DNA of 64,000 nucleotides from positions 20,274,001-20,338,000 of the forward strand of contig CM022670.1 in assembly GCA_012295275.1 (NCBI GenBank), read 5' to 3'. The position numbers were made by a program, and so were the translations under genes. Every line of letters starts with the position of its first letter. The stretch's first letter is position 1. Positions 61,748 through 64,000 of this stretch are shown here, piece by piece. Source of the stretch: Chrysomallon squamiferum. Taxonomy: Eukaryota > Animalia > Mollusca. The notes under the pieces were generated by a model. The model was not told the origin of the DNA and did no database searches. It was given only the letters and a program-made list of their open reading frames with translations.

Positions 61748-63273
61748 GTATTAACTGAAAAAAGGAAAAATTGAAAATCACAAAAAAAAAAACATTATCT
61801 AAAAAAGATAAAATAAAAAAAATAAAAAAAATAAAAAAATCATAAAAAATTCAAACTGAAAAAAAGAGTAAACAGAGAAGGCGACAAAAATTCTGTTCTC
61901 TCCATCTACAAAACGCCGCTGACTGGTAAAACTAACCAAACAACAAATGTTGATAATAAATTTCCTATCAGTCACAATCTTGATAGCAGAGTCAAAGATT
62001 AAACCCACAAAAAACCCCACACACAACCAATGAGCCATGGATGCTTTCTGACGTTCCTCCACTGCTTGATAACAATCAACTATAAATGAATTTTCTTTCC
62101 TCTTAATGTCACTTTGGCAGTCAGTTTGATTTATACCATTTCTCACAGACTGGGCAAAACACACAGAACAAATGTTTACAGTTCTCCATCTTGCAATAAA
62201 AATGTTATAGTGTGAAAGTTCCAGCTCACTGATTCTCTCCAAATGGACACTGTGATGTCCTTTTGCCCACATGTCATCTCATTTACATATGAACCTATGT
62301 GCTTCTGTGTCCAGTGTAATGGATATGTGTGAAACTAGAATATGGCTTTGTTTTTAACTTCCAGATTTGATGGTTTTGAAAAAAAGATCTATGCACACTA
62401 AAATATTAAAGATAAAATTTATTATTATTTCTTTGTTTTGTTATTCTAACAGCTGTGTTAGTTTTACAAATGTTTTTGACATCTATGTGTACATGTTTTT
62501 CTGTCCATATATCAGCATTTAAAAAAAAATATATATATTTTTTTATTGCTATTGTTTTTTTTAATATTATAAATCATTATAATATGAAAGTTGTTTGATA
62601 AGAATAAGGTTTCTGTGTAAACTTTGTCACAGATACAGATGTATGCTTGAAATAATGCATGAAAGAAATATAATGAAAAAAAAGTATTATTTCACTGAGA
62701 TAAGATTTATTACAACAAAAATAGTGATAGCTATAAACACAATGCTATAATTATCTATTTTCAAATTTATCTTAAATAAGGGTAATTTTCAGTATTCAAT
62801 TTAAAAAACCATACTTACCTGTTCAAAATGTAAGTAACATTTTATAATATCTTATTTACGTTTATTTCTGGGAAATAATACTCTCTTTCTTTCTTTCATT
62901 AAACTCTCTCTCTGACTCTCACTCTCTCTCAAGATCAGGCTTTTTTCTTTCTCCTTTGATACACAGTAAATCCAGCATACCCACAAACACCCACAGACAC
63001 ACTTCACTACAGATAAACCAAATTGGAAATAACATATTAACTCCCTCATATTCATAGCGACTTTATACAGAGTACAAAGCATCTACATATACACACTTTC
63101 ACAAACAGATAAACACCCACACACATATGTATAAACAGAAGACCTGTATCAGAAGTGCCTCTTTCACACAGGTGGTTCTTATAACCAGTTCAGGTATATA
63201 ATATAACCTTACAAGACAACATTCATTCCAGAGTTTAATATCAATTGATTGGATATTGAAAGTGAAATCTATT

Positions 63274-63330
<57 letters not shown>

Positions 63331-64000
63331 CAAAAACAACAACAACAATAATAATAATAATAATAATAAATACACTAAGAGAACTAATTATATTTCTGTT
63401 AGGTTTATTATAACATATAATTAACTCATTTGCATTCTTTTATAACCATTCTGTGAACTACCTCAATTCTTTAACAATATTGAACTCTGTTGTATTACTG
63501 AATTTAAAAAACCCCCATTAGTATTCAGCTGTTAATAAAACATAAATTATGCCATCAGTCTTTTGTAAACATTATAAAGTATTAGATCTCTGAAACAGTA
63601 CTGAACTATATCAGTGATTTTTGTCACTTTATTGGCTTATTGGCAGACGCAAGATTTGTGAAGCAGGATGCAGTTCATACCAGGCTGAACCTTGACATTC
63701 ACACACAGTGAAGTTTAACTTGGCACCTCACTGCTGATGTAGTAAATGGTCTTACGACTAAAGCAAATAACATTCATCTCTTGTCATACCAAACCAGATT
63801 AGCAGAGAAACATCTTTTGGAAATGAACCAAAATGCCACATATGCCGTCAATGCTGTGGATTCATTCTTAACAAACAAAACTGTTGGGAAAAAAATCTAC
63901 TGCTGCCTTTTAGCATTTGGGCTACAAGATTGATTTCTATCAACAAACATGTTGGATGAAAAGAGGTGCACAATTTTGTCAGTCAACAATTTGTGCTTGG

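Noticed and set aside
61799-62272. 157-aa minus-strand ORF, and other 60-125 aa ORFs such as 964-1281 and 46928-47233
   Set aside because: No recognisable domain, no consistent splice signals, and low-complexity ends. Consistent with chance ORFs in introns.
62811-62821. U1 snRNA gene (ATACTTACCTG is the U1 5' end)
   Set aside because: The following sequence has no U1 body, so it is treated as a minus-strand donor motif instead.

Overview
AT-rich, CpG-poor, microsatellite-rich animal genomic DNA (invertebrate bilaterian; a mollusc or other lophotrochozoan is my inference). It holds the 3' ends of two convergent intron-rich genes. On +: the last seven coding exons of eyes absent (eya; C-terminal EYA HAD-phosphatase domain, 15867-29310), preceded by a >15.8 kb intron and followed by a probable ~5.6 kb 3' UTR. 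On -: the last four coding exons of an otoferlin-like type II ferlin (58489-42527; last C2 domain plus C-terminal transmembrane anchor). All 11 exons have canonical GT-AG boundaries and join in frame. The most unusual signal is that exon-intron junctions of both genes are copied into the neighbouring intron. A young 64-bp array (45519-46412) puts 12 intact extra copies of an otoferlin splice acceptor plus exon start upstream of the real one, and using any of them would truncate the protein before its membrane anchor. Older, decayed junction copies flank three eya exons (a fourth has one distant copy) and another otoferlin exon; several have lost their AG/GT. Also noted: a candidate recursive splice site, enhancer-like islands in the introns, miR-183/96-family seed sites in both presumed 3' UTRs, and several tandem repeats. 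No prokaryotic features, CRISPR arrays, tRNA/rRNA genes or coding transposons were seen. Most entries in the ORF track are low-complexity artefacts.
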